Notes under the pieces: model-generated | What the model was told of the DNA's origin: nothing | The model's input: only the letters and a program-made list of their open reading frames with translations | The model's database searches: none | In this document: piece after piece, positions 37,500 to 47,225 of the stretch | How the letters are laid out: every line of letters starts with the position of its first letter | Numbering within the stretch: the first letter of the stretch is position 1 | Position numbers and translations under genes: made by a program | NCBI GenBank assembly: GCA_964536985.1 | Contig: CAZIBG010000002.1 | Location: 18,738 to 82,737, forward strand | Length of the DNA stretch: 64,000 nt | Direction: 5' to 3' | DNA from: an uncultured Candidatus Saccharibacteria bacterium | GTDB lineage: Bacteria; Patescibacteriota; Saccharimonadia; Saccharimonadales; AWTP1-31

Positions 37500-38546
37500 T
37501 TATACTAGTATGCCACCACCAAGAACTGCCTGCTGGTCATAAATAACTGCCGATTGCCCAGGAGTTGCAGCGCGAATATCATCTTTAAGCTTAAGATGAA
37601 TATCGTCGCCCTCAATTACAAGCTTTGCGGAAATTAACGGAGCCCTATGGCGAGTTCTGACCTGCACCTCTTGTCCATCTTTTGGAGTAATGTTTATCCA
37701 ATGAATGTCCGTCATGTTAAGCCTGTTAGTCCACAGATTCTTATCGTTAATATCAGTAGTAACGCGCACCTGGTTGGTAGCCATATCTTTACCAATGACG
37801 TAATACGGTAAGCCACCACCGACATCCAGTCCGTGACGCTGACCGATTGTGTAAAAAATAGCCCCGTCATGCTGACCAACTGTTATGCCGTTTTCGTCTA
37901 TAATATCGCCAGGTTTTTGAGGGCCCAATTCGTAGATTAAAAAGTCTTTGATGCCGACCTTGCCCACAAAACAAATGCCCATGCTCTCTTTTTTGGTTGC
38001 CGTTACCAGATTGAACTTTTCTGCCAGTTTGCGAACCTCCGGTTTAGTATAGTCACCAAGAGGAAATAGAGTGTGCTTAAGCGCCTCCTCTGTTACACGG
38101 TAAAGAAAATAGGTCTGGTCTTTGTTCTCGTCTTTAGCTCGCAGTAGCTTACCATCTTTTACCCGAGCATAATGTCCGGTTGCGATTAGGTCTGCACCAT
38201 CCTCTAAGCACATATCAAGGAAGACTTTAAATTTTACCTCCTGATTACACATGATGTCAGGGTTGGGTGTGCGACCTGCCTGATATTCGGCAACCATGTA
38301 GTCAACGACTTTTTGACGGTACTCCTTCTGGAAGTCATACATCTTAAAGGGGATTCCGAGCTGAACGGCGACTCGTTTTGCATCCTGGTAGTCCTCTTTC
38401 CAGGGACAAGGCATGCCAGGGAGGTCCTGACTCCAGTTCTTCATGTATACGCCCGTAACATCATAACCCTGTTCTTTTAACAGGGCAGCGGTAACGGAAC
38501 TATCTACTCCGCCACTGAGGCCGACATATACTTTTTGCTTGTTCAT
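37500..38546 (-). CDS. mnmA: tRNA 2-thiouridylase
   Basis: 'SGGVDSS', 'TPNPDIMCN', 'ATGHY', 'KDQTYFL', 'TPGQSAV'. Confidence 0.97.
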   Translation of the reverse strand: MNKQKVYVGLSGGVDSSVTAALLKEQGYDVTGVYMKNWSQDLPGMPCPWKEDYQDAKRVAVQLGIPFKMYDFQKEYRQKVVDYMVAEYQAGRTPNPDIMCNQEVKFKVFLDMCLEDGADLIATGHYARVKDGKLLRAKDENKDQTYFLYRVTEEALKHTLFPLGDYTKPEVRKLAEKFNLVTATKKESMGICFVGKVGIKDFLIYELGPQKPGDIIDENGITVGQHDGAIFYTIGQRHGLDVGGGLPYYVIGKDMATNQVRVTTDINDKNLWTNRLNMTDIHWINITPKDGQEVQVRTRHRAPLISAKLVIEGDDIHLKLKDDIRAATPGQSAVIYDQQAVLGGGILV

Positions 38547-38578
38547 TGAAGCTATTATAACAGAGGTGGCAGAAAATA

Positions 38579-39082
38579 TTAAGCCGATGTTGACAAGGCT
38601 TTGGCAAGGGCTGTCTCGCTGCCCTTAAATAATTTCTGAAGGCTAAAATCAAAGGTCTGCGTGGCCGTCCGCACAACACAGCCCCCAGCAATATTGGGCT
38701 GGACACCAACAGATATAAGCGTGTTGGGATGACCGTTGTCGCGGAACCATCGAATGAGCGGTCGAAGCGCCTGCTTGGTGGGGTCGGAGGCAAAACTAAT
38801 CTGGACCACCGGCGCCGTGCGTCGTACAAAATTGAGTTGGCTCGCTAGGCGTTTCCTATCCGATGCCAACAATGGGTTAGTGTCGGTATCCTTGATGATC
38901 TTATTGAGTGATGGACTAGTATAAGGGAGCTTAGAGGCGCTCCGCGAGGCACTTAAAAACTCATCGAGAGCAAAGAGTTCGCGTTGAATCTTCCCAAAGT
39001 CAAGCGGGCTGGCGACCGCATCGGGCAGCAGTAATCCCGGGTCCAATGCCCTTTGAAGTGGACTCTGTTGATTAGAATTCAC
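38579..39082 (-). CDS. ATP synthase delta (AtpH)-like protein
   Basis: C-terminal 'VQPNIAGGCVVR....FDFSL' resembles the delta/OSCP C-terminus. Confidence 0.55.
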   Translation of the reverse strand: MNSNQQSPLQRALDPGLLLPDAVASPLDFGKIQRELFALDEFLSASRSASKLPYTSPSLNKIIKDTDTNPLLASDRKRLASQLNFVRRTAPVVQISFASDPTKQALRPLIRWFRDNGHPNTLISVGVQPNIAGGCVVRTATQTFDFSLQKLFKGSETALAKALSTSA

Positions 39083-39674
39083 GCTTAATGTCCTCGACGA
39101 TTGCCGTTTTGTTTGCTTCTAGGTTATGGAGAATATATTGAATCTGCTCACCGACTTCCATATGAGCGCCAAGAGTTTGTTCGACATGATGAATAACCAC
39201 GTCGGCCATATTCTTCTCGAATCGAGCTAAACGGCGATGCTTCTCTGCCAGAAGTTCTTGATCGAGCTGCTCTGTCATCCGTTTCTGGTAATCCTCTATC
39301 GCTCGGTCCACCTTAGCGAAGGCCTCGGCCATGTGTTGTTGGGCTGCAGCCACAGATTGCTTTTGATCAGTAAATTCGTCCTTAAGAATTTGAGTGGCCT
39401 CTTCCTTAATATGCTCGCTGACGCTATCGCTGATTTTACGGAGATCTTGCTGTAAAAAGGCAGCATTCTGATCCAGGGTATGTTCAAACCGAGCGACGCC
39501 ACGCTCTTGAAGCTTGGTTCTAAATTCATCTGTAAAAAGGTCGGTTCCATTAGTTCCACGGGGGCCACGGCCTCGGCCTTTTGGTCCTAAACGGACGGCA
39601 ACCCAAATAAAAGCCAATAAAATGGCCAGGACGCTGCTAATAAATATTACGAGAAGTGTTAACTGCGTATCCAT
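39072..39674 (-). CDS. Membrane-anchored coiled-coil protein (b-subunit-like architecture)
   Basis: N-terminal TM followed by a long charged helix. Confidence 0.6.
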   Translation of the reverse strand: MDTQLTLLVIFISSVLAILLAFIWVAVRLGPKGRGRGPRGTNGTDLFTDEFRTKLQERGVARFEHTLDQNAAFLQQDLRKISDSVSEHIKEEATQILKDEFTDQKQSVAAAQQHMAEAFAKVDRAIEDYQKRMTEQLDQELLAEKHRRLARFEKNMADVVIHHVEQTLGAHMEVGEQIQYILHNLEANKTAIVEDIKREF

Positions 39675-39721
39675 ATCCACCCGTTATACTAATGCTTTTA
39701 GTATAGGATAGAATGGCGAAC

Positions 39722-40864
39722 TTAGGAAGTAAGCTCAGCTAATGCGGCAACGGTGGCCCGGACATCCTGCTCCGTAGTAGAGCGACCCATAGTAAAGCGC
39801 AGGCTAGTTTGTGCTTGTTCATCCGTAAGACCAATAGCCTTAAGAACATGTGATGGCTCATCGCTACTGGCGCTACAAGCCGAACCAACGGCGCACATAA
39901 TGCCCCGCTCGTCGAGCTCCATCATCATTCGCTCGTTGTCGGTACCCGGAATTGTAAGGTGGACAATATTAAATAGCCCCGCACCGGGAGCGGTAATTAC
40001 GGCATTGGGCACCTTAACTTCTAGCTCCGTGTAAAATAGCGATCGAAGCGCACTAAGATGTTCTTCCTGGCCACGTCGCATAGCCACTGCTTTTTCCAGA
40101 GCATGACTAAAGCCGACAATACCGGCAACGTTTTCGGTGCCACTTCTTAAGCCAAACTCCTGGCCACCACCGTAAATGAGTGGCTCTAACTCAATCCCGG
40201 TTGCAACATACAGGGCGCCGGACTGCTTTGGGCCGTAGATCTTGCCTCCATTAAGGCTCATCAAATCAATGCCAATCTTCTTGGCTAGTACCGATAGCAA
40301 GTTAGGGGCCTGTGCGGCATCGGTATGTAGATAGAGAGGATTATTATTTTCATTGCTCGACACCCGATTGTCTCGTATTTTAGACAATACGGCATTAATG
40401 CCACTGAAGTGCTGAATGGTGCCGATTTCGTTATTGGCATACATTATACTCACCAACACCACATCGTCCGTCACAAGCTTTGCCAGCTCAATTAAATTTA
40501 CATGGCCATTGGCATCCACCGGAATAACTGCGTGATTATATTGGCGTGCAGCAGCCAGAACAGAATCATGCTCGATTGCTGACACCAGAATTTTACCCTC
40601 AGGATACCTCGCCATAACGCCGTGAATCGCCAAGTTATTAGCTTCGCTGGCACCAGCCGTAAAAACAATTTCTCGGGGGCGAACACCAAGGGCTTTAGCG
40701 GTTCGAGCTCGGGCATCATCAATATCATGACGAATAGACTTTGCCGCCAAATAGGTTGCGCTTGGATTGTAAAATTGATCCGTTAAATACGGCTGCATTG
40801 CTGCCAGAACTCTGCCATCCAACGGTGTTGCAGCGGCGTGATCAAGGTAGATAGATTGGCTCAT
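39722..40864 (-). CDS. iscS: Cysteine desulfurase (IscS/NifS family)
   Basis: 'YLDHAAATP', 'NNEIGTI', 'HTDAAQ', 'RSGTEN', 'GSACS'. Confidence 0.93.
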   Translation of the reverse strand: MSQSIYLDHAAATPLDGRVLAAMQPYLTDQFYNPSATYLAAKSIRHDIDDARARTAKALGVRPREIVFTAGASEANNLAIHGVMARYPEGKILVSAIEHDSVLAAARQYNHAVIPVDANGHVNLIELAKLVTDDVVLVSIMYANNEIGTIQHFSGINAVLSKIRDNRVSSNENNNPLYLHTDAAQAPNLLSVLAKKIGIDLMSLNGGKIYGPKQSGALYVATGIELEPLIYGGGQEFGLRSGTENVAGIVGFSHALEKAVAMRRGQEEHLSALRSLFYTELEVKVPNAVITAPGAGLFNIVHLTIPGTDNERMMMELDERGIMCAVGSACSASSDEPSHVLKAIGLTDEQAQTSLRFTMGRSTTEQDVRATVAALAELTS

Positions 40865-40872
40865 AGCCGTAA

Positions 40873-41241
40873 TTATACTCGGTTATACAGTTGAGCTTTA
40901 ACGCGCTGACGATACAAAACGGCCGCATCTCGTAGGTGCTGAGCTTCTTCTTCGGTAACAAACTGTTGAGCCATACCATCTTGAGCTTTTAAAATGCCGT
41001 TTGGTCGGACATCATAACGAGTAGTCTTGGTTTTACGCTGGCCTGTAGCGTCATTCCATTCTTCATGCCAAATCCATGTTCGCTCATCTAGGCAAAAGAA
41101 TTCACGTTTACCGCCGTTGGGCATTGGACCAAACAGTGTTCCGCCAATTTGGGCTTCATGTCGAATAAGGTTGCGGTATAGTTCGGCCTGGCGATCTTCC
41201 TGGCTAGTGCCAAGAACAAGTTTTATAAATTTCTGGATCAT
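40873..41241 (-). CDS. Hypothetical protein
   Basis: 122-aa ORF within the operon; motif 'REFFCLDERTWIWHEEW'. Confidence 0.7.
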   Translation of the reverse strand: MIQKFIKLVLGTSQEDRQAELYRNLIRHEAQIGGTLFGPMPNGGKREFFCLDERTWIWHEEWNDATGQRKTKTTRYDVRPNGILKAQDGMAQQFVTEEEAQHLRDAAVLYRQRVKAQLYNRV

Positions 41242-41242
41242 A

Positions 41243-41674
41243 CTACACCCCCGCTAAAAAGTCGCCAGGCACAGAAGTTGGACCTTGCTCTGCGTAGAGG
41301 CTAGCCAGGTTACTGCGTACGTCTGTGAGGCTTTGGTCGCCTTCGGCTACAGGTGCCGTCTCTAGTGTAGGCATCTGTGGTGCGACCATCTTTGTCTTTG
41401 GCTCAGCATTAAAGCCTGATGGGTTATCGAAGTTAAGAGTCGGTGATTCAGGTCGGGTAAATTGGGCCATCCGGCCAACTTGCTCAGCGGCTCGTCTAAC
41501 TGCAACTGGATGGGATGAGTTAGGGCTAGCTGGAGCATTGATAAGAACATCAGGGGCTATATCGATAATATGGACTCTTGAATCGACCATTTGTTCTGGT
41601 GAAAGTGGCGCGGCTTCTACTCCTCGGTTTCGAGAAGTGAACGGTGCGGTAATGTAGTCGATTATTTCAAACAT
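41243..41674 (-). CDS. Hypothetical Pro-rich protein
   Basis: Fits the operon between tatD and the 40873 ORF. Confidence 0.55.
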   Translation of the reverse strand: MFEIIDYITAPFTSRNRGVEAAPLSPEQMVDSRVHIIDIAPDVLINAPASPNSSHPVAVRRAAEQVGRMAQFTRPESPTLNFDNPSGFNAEPKTKMVAPQMPTLETAPVAEGDQSLTDVRSNLASLYAEQGPTSVPGDFLAGV

Positions 41675-42483
41675 AGCGTAAATAGTCCCTGGGCATTATT
41701 AGTGGTTGCTCGGGCAAATTCCTCAAACGATTCACTGCGTAAATTGCTTAAAAACTCTGCCGTTACTCTCACATGCTTAGGCTGACAGATTGTACCACGA
41801 AAAGGGCTCGGAGTCAAGAAGGGAGCATCTGTTTCTAGTACGATCTTATCAAGCGGTACAGCTTTGGCTGCATCCAGCTGATCCTGATTCTTAGTAAAGG
41901 TCATAATCCCATTGAGCCCCACAAGCAAGTCACGTTTGAGAATCTGTTCTAGCTCAACCATTCCAGCACTAAAGCTATGGATTACACCCTTGGGTTTAAA
42001 CTCGTCATACAGCGTCCAGAAATCCTGCCAAACACTATCTGTATGGCTCGGATCCACCCCTTTAGCATCCCTAACATGGAAGATAACCGGCAAATTATGT
42101 TCCTGGGCGACCGTTAGCTGAAAACGAAGCATCTTAATCTGATCCTGGCGATCCGAGTGACCATAGTAGTAATCAAGGCCAATCTCGCCCACAGCCACCA
42201 CTTTAGGCTTACTGGCCAAGGAGTGAAATTCTTGAAGGGCATGTTCATCATTAACATAGTGCTTAGCTTCATGGGGATGCAGCCCGATACTCGCCCAAAT
42301 ATGTTCGTGTCGGGCTGCGAATGCGATACCGAGTTTACTATCCTCTAGCGTACAGCCTACGCACAGCAATTTAGTTACCCCATCTGCTTGTGCAGCGGAA
42401 ATAACCTCTTCCGGGTCTAGTTCATAGTCGGAAATGTGTATATGACAATGGGTGTCGAATAGTTCTATTGGCGTACTAGACAT
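41662..42483 (-). CDS. tatD: TatD-family DNase
   Basis: 'DTHCH', 'GLHPH', 'GEIGLDY', 'LETDAPFL'. Confidence 0.95.
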   Translation of the reverse strand: MSSTPIELFDTHCHIHISDYELDPEEVISAAQADGVTKLLCVGCTLEDSKLGIAFAARHEHIWASIGLHPHEAKHYVNDEHALQEFHSLASKPKVVAVGEIGLDYYYGHSDRQDQIKMLRFQLTVAQEHNLPVIFHVRDAKGVDPSHTDSVWQDFWTLYDEFKPKGVIHSFSAGMVELEQILKRDLLVGLNGIMTFTKNQDQLDAAKAVPLDKIVLETDAPFLTPSPFRGTICQPKHVRVTAEFLSNLRSESFEEFARATTNNAQGLFTLCLK

Positions 42484-42501
42484 AGCATTATTATACCTCG
42501 A

Positions 42502-43956
42502 TTACTTTTCGGCTTTTGGTGCTTTGGTTTCGTGACGAGGGAACAGTGTGCCTTCGCTTGGCCGGATGACACCCTCTTCAAAGATGTGCTTAATCTTGGC
42601 GGCGGTTTCTGGCATGAATGGTTCGAGCATTTCGGCAATCTGCAGCAGGTTGCTGGTTTGGTAGGCTAATATTTCTTGCAAGTGATCGTAGTCACCTTCT
42701 TTGGCGATAGCCCAGGGCTTTTCTTCTTCGATGTACTGGTTTAAGCCACGGATTTGCTCCCAAACGTGATCGAGGGCGCGGTCGAATTTGCAGGCCTCAA
42801 TAGCCTCCCAGTACTGCGCCATGTCATGATTTTGTGGTGGGATTTCACCAATGATTCCCTTTTGATATTGCGTGATCATAGCTGATGTTCGCTGTACGGC
42901 ATTACCTAACTCGTTACCGAGTTCGTTGTTGTAAGCTTTTTCTAGCAAGTCCCAAGAAAAATCTCCGTCTTCGTAACTTGGGATATGTCGCAAGATGTAA
43001 TAGCGGAATACATCGGCACTATATTTCTTAACGATTTCGTCCGGACTAACAACATTGCCGATTGATTTGCTCATTTTACCGCCAGCTATATTGATGAAGC
43101 CGTGTACATACAACTTTTCGGGCAATGGCAAGCCAAGTGCCAACAACATACCCGGCCAAATAGCAGCGTGGAATCGAATAATATCCTTTCCAATCACTTG
43201 GACGTTTGCCGGCCAAAATTTCTTGAAGTCTTCGTGTTCGGGATAGCCAAGTACCGTAATATAATTCATGACCGCTTCAAACCAGACATACATCACCTGA
43301 GTTTTATCGCCGGGAACCGGAATACCCCAGTCTAATTTGCTGGATGGCCTGGAAATACTGATATCATCGAGTCCGTCGACAATGACTTGTAAGATTTCGT
43401 TGCGGCGGGTTTTAGGGATGATTTCGAATGTACCCGCCTGAATGGCAGCCCTAATTTGCTCTGAATAGTTAGAGAGTTTGAAGAAGTAATTCTCTTCCTC
43501 GAGTCGTTCGTATGGCTTTTTGTGGATCGGACATACACCATTGTTGGCCTTGGCTACTGCTTCGGTAACGTATTCTTCACAGCCCGTACAGTACAAACCA
43601 ATGTACTTACTTTTATAGATGTCTTTTTCGAGCTGCTTCCAGATAATCTGGGCACGCTGCATATGGCCTGCGTCGGTTGTACGAATAAAACGGTCGTTAC
43701 TTACGTTGAGTAGCTTGCCAAGATCACGGAACTTTTGACTTTGCTGATCAGCTAAAGCTTTGGGGGTTAGCTTGAGCTCAGCAGCTTTTTCGGCAATCTT
43801 TTGACCGTGTTCATCGGCTCCGGCGGTAAAGATGACTGGCTTGCCCTGCTTTCGTGCAGCACGTGCCAGAACGTCAGCCATGACAAGCTCCATGCCGAAC
43901 CCAATGTGGGGATCGCCGTTAACATATGGAATAGAGGTGGTAATTAAACAATTCAT
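42502..43956 (-). CDS. metG: Methionyl-tRNA synthetase
   Basis: 'PYVNGDPHIG', 'GADEHG', 'KMSKS'. Confidence 0.96.
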   Translation of the reverse strand: MNCLITTSIPYVNGDPHIGFGMELVMADVLARAARKQGKPVIFTAGADEHGQKIAEKAAELKLTPKALADQQSQKFRDLGKLLNVSNDRFIRTTDAGHMQRAQIIWKQLEKDIYKSKYIGLYCTGCEEYVTEAVAKANNGVCPIHKKPYERLEEENYFFKLSNYSEQIRAAIQAGTFEIIPKTRRNEILQVIVDGLDDISISRPSSKLDWGIPVPGDKTQVMYVWFEAVMNYITVLGYPEHEDFKKFWPANVQVIGKDIIRFHAAIWPGMLLALGLPLPEKLYVHGFINIAGGKMSKSIGNVVSPDEIVKKYSADVFRYYILRHIPSYEDGDFSWDLLEKAYNNELGNELGNAVQRTSAMITQYQKGIIGEIPPQNHDMAQYWEAIEACKFDRALDHVWEQIRGLNQYIEEEKPWAIAKEGDYDHLQEILAYQTSNLLQIAEMLEPFMPETAAKIKHIFEEGVIRPSEGTLFPRHETKAPKAEK

Positions 43957-44103
43957 AGATGTATTGTACCTGTCTTAAGTAGTAAATAATAGGAAACTGA
44001 AGAGTAAATAAAAGTATAGCCGGCTACGGCATCAACATCATGTAAGAATGTTGTGTTACTTTTCTCATTACAGTTATTATACCATTGTTCTATACTGTTG
44101 TTA

Positions 44104-44784
44104 ATGGCTCTTGATGCACTTGACCGCGAACGACTAGGCAACCTCTATTTTGTAAGTAAAACTTTTGATATAGGGTCGTTTGAACTATCTGCCCACCTCG
44201 ACAATCCTGACCTTCCGCCTTCTCCGTATTACATGCACTTTCCTACACCCAATAAGCCTGGGGCTCTGTATCTTCCTGAGATTCAGGCAACTGCAGGCCG
44301 GCTACTATTCCAGCTCGCTGAGGAGGAAGGTATCACCGGACATATGTTTGCAGGTGTTCCTGAGGGCGCAAACGAAATCGCAAGAAATGCAGCCGAACTT
44401 TGTGGCCCCAATGGCTCTAATCTATTGACGTTCAGTAAGGAGAAGCTCGGGAGACTGGTAATTTTCCATCACATCGAGGGGCATGCCATGCCCGGCGAAA
44501 AAGTCGTAGGAATAGATGACCACACCTCGGGTGGGCGCAATGCCCGACTATTTCAGAGGATGCTAGAAACCGAAATGCGGCTGAAAATGACTCACTTCCT
44601 GAACATCGTTGACCGCGAGCAAGGCGGACGGCAGCGACTAGCCGAGAACGGAGCAACAATGCGCTCCATCTTTACCATTTCCGAACTTTTAAGTCTCGGT
44701 TTAGCTGAAGGTCACCTGACGCAGACTCAGTTTGATGATCTACTGCACTACGTTCGGACTAACCCTATCCCTACCCAGCGCTAG
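44104..44784 (+). CDS. pyrE: Type I phosphoribosyltransferase, orotate PRT-like
   Basis: 'GSFELS...SPYY', PRPP loop 'VVGIDDHTSGG', 'VDREQGG'; divergent sequence. Confidence 0.7.
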   Translation: MALDALDRERLGNLYFVSKTFDIGSFELSAHLDNPDLPPSPYYMHFPTPNKPGALYLPEIQATAGRLLFQLAEEEGITGHMFAGVPEGANEIARNAAELCGPNGSNLLTFSKEKLGRLVIFHHIEGHAMPGEKVVGIDDHTSGGRNARLFQRMLETEMRLKMTHFLNIVDREQGGRQRLAENGATMRSIFTISELLSLGLAEGHLTQTQFDDLLHYVRTNPIPTQR

Positions 44785-44929
44785 CTAGATGCCAAAGGCT
44801 ACAGTGTCTGCACCTGTAGGTTTTAAGTTTAGTGCCATGTTGCAGGTCGGCAACAACTGCTGCAGCTTTGGCTTGTTTTTGAGTGTCGAACGCTAATTTC
44901 TCAACACAAGGTTGAACGTCTTCTTGCAT
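44771..44929 (-). CDS. 52-aa Zn-finger-like protein MQEDVQPCVEKLAFDTQKQAKAAAVVADLQHGTKLKTYRCRHCSLWHLASAG
   Basis: Below the ORF-track cutoff. C..K..F / Y.C..C..WHL pattern; TAGACT 6 nt before ATG. Confidence 0.7.
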   Translation of the reverse strand: MQEDVQPCVEKLAFDTQKQAKAAAVVADLQHGTKLKTYRCRHCSLWHLASAG

Positions 44930-44949
44930 ATAGCAAGTCTACCACAAGG

Positions 44950-45168
44950 CTACTGACCCGCTGCGGCCGCCGTACCATCTTGGTACCGTTCTGTTTCATC
45001 TATATCGGTGTCGGTAGAAGGATGATCGGGTGGCACTATTACTTGCGGTGCATCATCTGCTGGTCCGGCAGGATTGTCGTCATCATTCTGCGGAATCGGA
45101 ACGACGTGATCGCCACGAGTTTCTTCTAATGCATCATCTACTGAAATGTCTTGTTCGTCTGTACCCAT
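44950..45168 (-). CDS. Small acidic hypothetical protein
   Basis: AGGAG RBS; Asp-rich, 72 aa. Confidence 0.6.
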   Translation of the reverse strand: MGTDEQDISVDDALEETRGDHVVPIPQNDDDNPAGPADDAPQVIVPPDHPSTDTDIDETERYQDGTAAAAGQ

Positions 45169-45251
45169 GCGATTCTCCTGATTACGTTGTAGTTACAACT
45201 GTAGTGCAGTAAATTGCTTGCGACTATAAGGAATCTAACAGCATGCAGCGA

Positions 45252-46520
45252 TTAATCTTGCAGCAGATAATCGTCGCACAATTTTTTGAAAATAGCGTTT
45301 GTCCAGCCAAATCCAGTCTGACTTGGGTATACACCTTCTACTGGATGCTTATGGGGCTTAACAACGTTGTACTTTTCTAGGAAAACTCCATGCTGCTCGT
45401 ACCAAGCCAAGTTAGTCCGCAGCCATTTACGTGCAATTCGCTCGGCCTCTTCGTGATAGCCGTAGTTCTTGAGCCCTTCGATCACTGCGTAGTGCAGTGG
45501 CGCCCAGCCATTAGGATGAGCCCACTGAGTTTTGAGCGATCCAAAGATACTCATGTCTATCAACGGTCGGGTAGTAGTAGATAGCCCGCCAGAATGTTCG
45601 AACTTCTCAATATTCTTAACCATCCGGGCAGCTTGTTCGTCACTGGCTAGCCCCAACCACATAGGGTAAAAACCTGCTAACGACCAGACGTCTCCACCTT
45701 GGCCTTTGTTGTAGTTGTAGTCAAAGTAAAACCCTCGACGTGTATGCCACATGTACTTGTTTACTTCGTGTTTGCGACTCGCCGCTTTTGCGGACCAATG
45801 CTTTGCTTCTTTTGGATCGTCCAGCTCACCGGCCGCCCAAGCAAAATCGGCCTCGTATTTATACAGTAAAGCGTTGAGATCAACAGGCAGATAGTCTAGA
45901 CACTTTCGTTCAAACCGGGTGGTCATATCCCAGCCACTTTCGGCTTCGGCCATATCATGCAGAACATTAATGTCGTAGTAGCGACTGAGTCCATGATGCA
46001 CTTTATGCCAAAATGGATGGAGTTCACTGGTCCAGACTTCTGTGTATTCCGCCTTAGCAATGTCCATACGTTCTTTTAGCCAAGCTTTGTCTTTGTGGCC
46101 AGTTTCGTAGATAAGCCTGATGTACATGGTCAAGATTGGCGGTTGGGAGTGGCTCATGTGATACATCTGATTTGCATTAGGGATAAATCTAAAACGCTTA
46201 AACAATTGCAAAAGATTCTCTAGCATTCCCTCGGCCATATGTTGGTGCTTGGTACCAACTAGTGCTAGTGAGGTAAAATAACTATCCCAGTAGTACTGTT
46301 CTTTGAGTGTGAACTTTGCTTTTGGATCAGCTGCCGGAACAATATAAGGATAGGGCAGACCAATTACCGTGCCTTGGTCTTCCTTTGCCTGGTGCTCCAG
46401 TACCTTCCAATGATCTTCGATATAATCGAGGGCATGAGCAATGTGTGGAATATCAATATGACCCTGCCTGCCAGCAATTTTTCGGATCAGTTTTTTAGCT
46501 AAGTTCTGTTTAGGAAGCAT
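45252..46520 (-). CDS. Trehalase (GH37)
   Basis: 'YYWDSYF', 'SQPP', 'AESGWD', 'PVDLNALL', 'QW..PNGWAP', 'EKY', 'GFGWTN'. Confidence 0.92.
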   Translation of the reverse strand: MLPKQNLAKKLIRKIAGRQGHIDIPHIAHALDYIEDHWKVLEHQAKEDQGTVIGLPYPYIVPAADPKAKFTLKEQYYWDSYFTSLALVGTKHQHMAEGMLENLLQLFKRFRFIPNANQMYHMSHSQPPILTMYIRLIYETGHKDKAWLKERMDIAKAEYTEVWTSELHPFWHKVHHGLSRYYDINVLHDMAEAESGWDMTTRFERKCLDYLPVDLNALLYKYEADFAWAAGELDDPKEAKHWSAKAASRKHEVNKYMWHTRRGFYFDYNYNKGQGGDVWSLAGFYPMWLGLASDEQAARMVKNIEKFEHSGGLSTTTRPLIDMSIFGSLKTQWAHPNGWAPLHYAVIEGLKNYGYHEEAERIARKWLRTNLAWYEQHGVFLEKYNVVKPHKHPVEGVYPSQTGFGWTNAIFKKLCDDYLLQD

Positions 46521-46560
46521 CCTCTTATGCTAAGCCAATAGCCAGTAAGGAGCAAGTATT

Positions 46561-47184
46561 CTATCCGTGGAATTGCGCTCTGGTTTCGATCCCTCTATCT
46601 GCGATGCGAGCGAGTGTTTGTTGGACCATTGCTTCGAGTCCTAAGCTACCATCAACAGGAATAACAATATCAACCAATTCATCCGCTTCGGAAGGCAAAA
46701 CAAGTTCAGAATGGAGCTTATCAATTGTCTTTAGTGGACCACCGTCACCCCACGAATGCCGAGGTGCAATAAGTGTTTTTGTGTCGATCCATCGCTCCAT
46801 GCGTTCACGAGCAAGCTTAACATCAACTTCTACTGCAAAGGCAACAACAGTAGAATCTGTGTCCTTTGCCCATTGGATTGGGCGCTCAGCACGACCTTCC
46901 GGAGTATTAAAGAAGGCGTCGCATACCACATCCTCGTCTCGCACTAAGGCTTGTATAGTTCTATCGCGTACCGTTCGCTTTACTTCCGCCTTGCAATCCC
47001 GATTGCGTCGAGTTCGATCGGCATATGCTGTCTGCTTGAGCCTATCCTGGGACACCAACACAGCACCAAGGCCATGTGCCACTAAGTCGCCGAATTCTTG
47101 TTCCGTACCTCCAGGCACACCAGCTTTGAAGAATATAACCGGCTCGAATTCTTCGTGACCATCTACTTTATAAATTTTAGGCAT
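46561..47184 (-). CDS. Nucleotide-kinase-fold (AAA_33-like) protein with a degenerate P-loop
   Basis: 'FKAGVPGGTEQ' in place of GxPGxGKS; 'VSQD.LK', 'DVVCDAFFNT'. Confidence 0.55.
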   Translation of the reverse strand: MPKIYKVDGHEEFEPVIFFKAGVPGGTEQEFGDLVAHGLGAVLVSQDRLKQTAYADRTRRNRDCKAEVKRTVRDRTIQALVRDEDVVCDAFFNTPEGRAERPIQWAKDTDSTVVAFAVEVDVKLARERMERWIDTKTLIAPRHSWGDGGPLKTIDKLHSELVLPSEADELVDIVIPVDGSLGLEAMVQQTLARIADRGIETRAQFHG

Positions 47185-47225
47185 AAATTATATATTACAC
47201 CATAAATTACAAAATTACGAGAATA

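Noticed and set aside
46604-47158. 184-aa plus-strand ORF (similarly 55818-56291 and other short overlapping ORFs)
   Set aside because: Antisense or alternate-frame shadows of better-supported genes.
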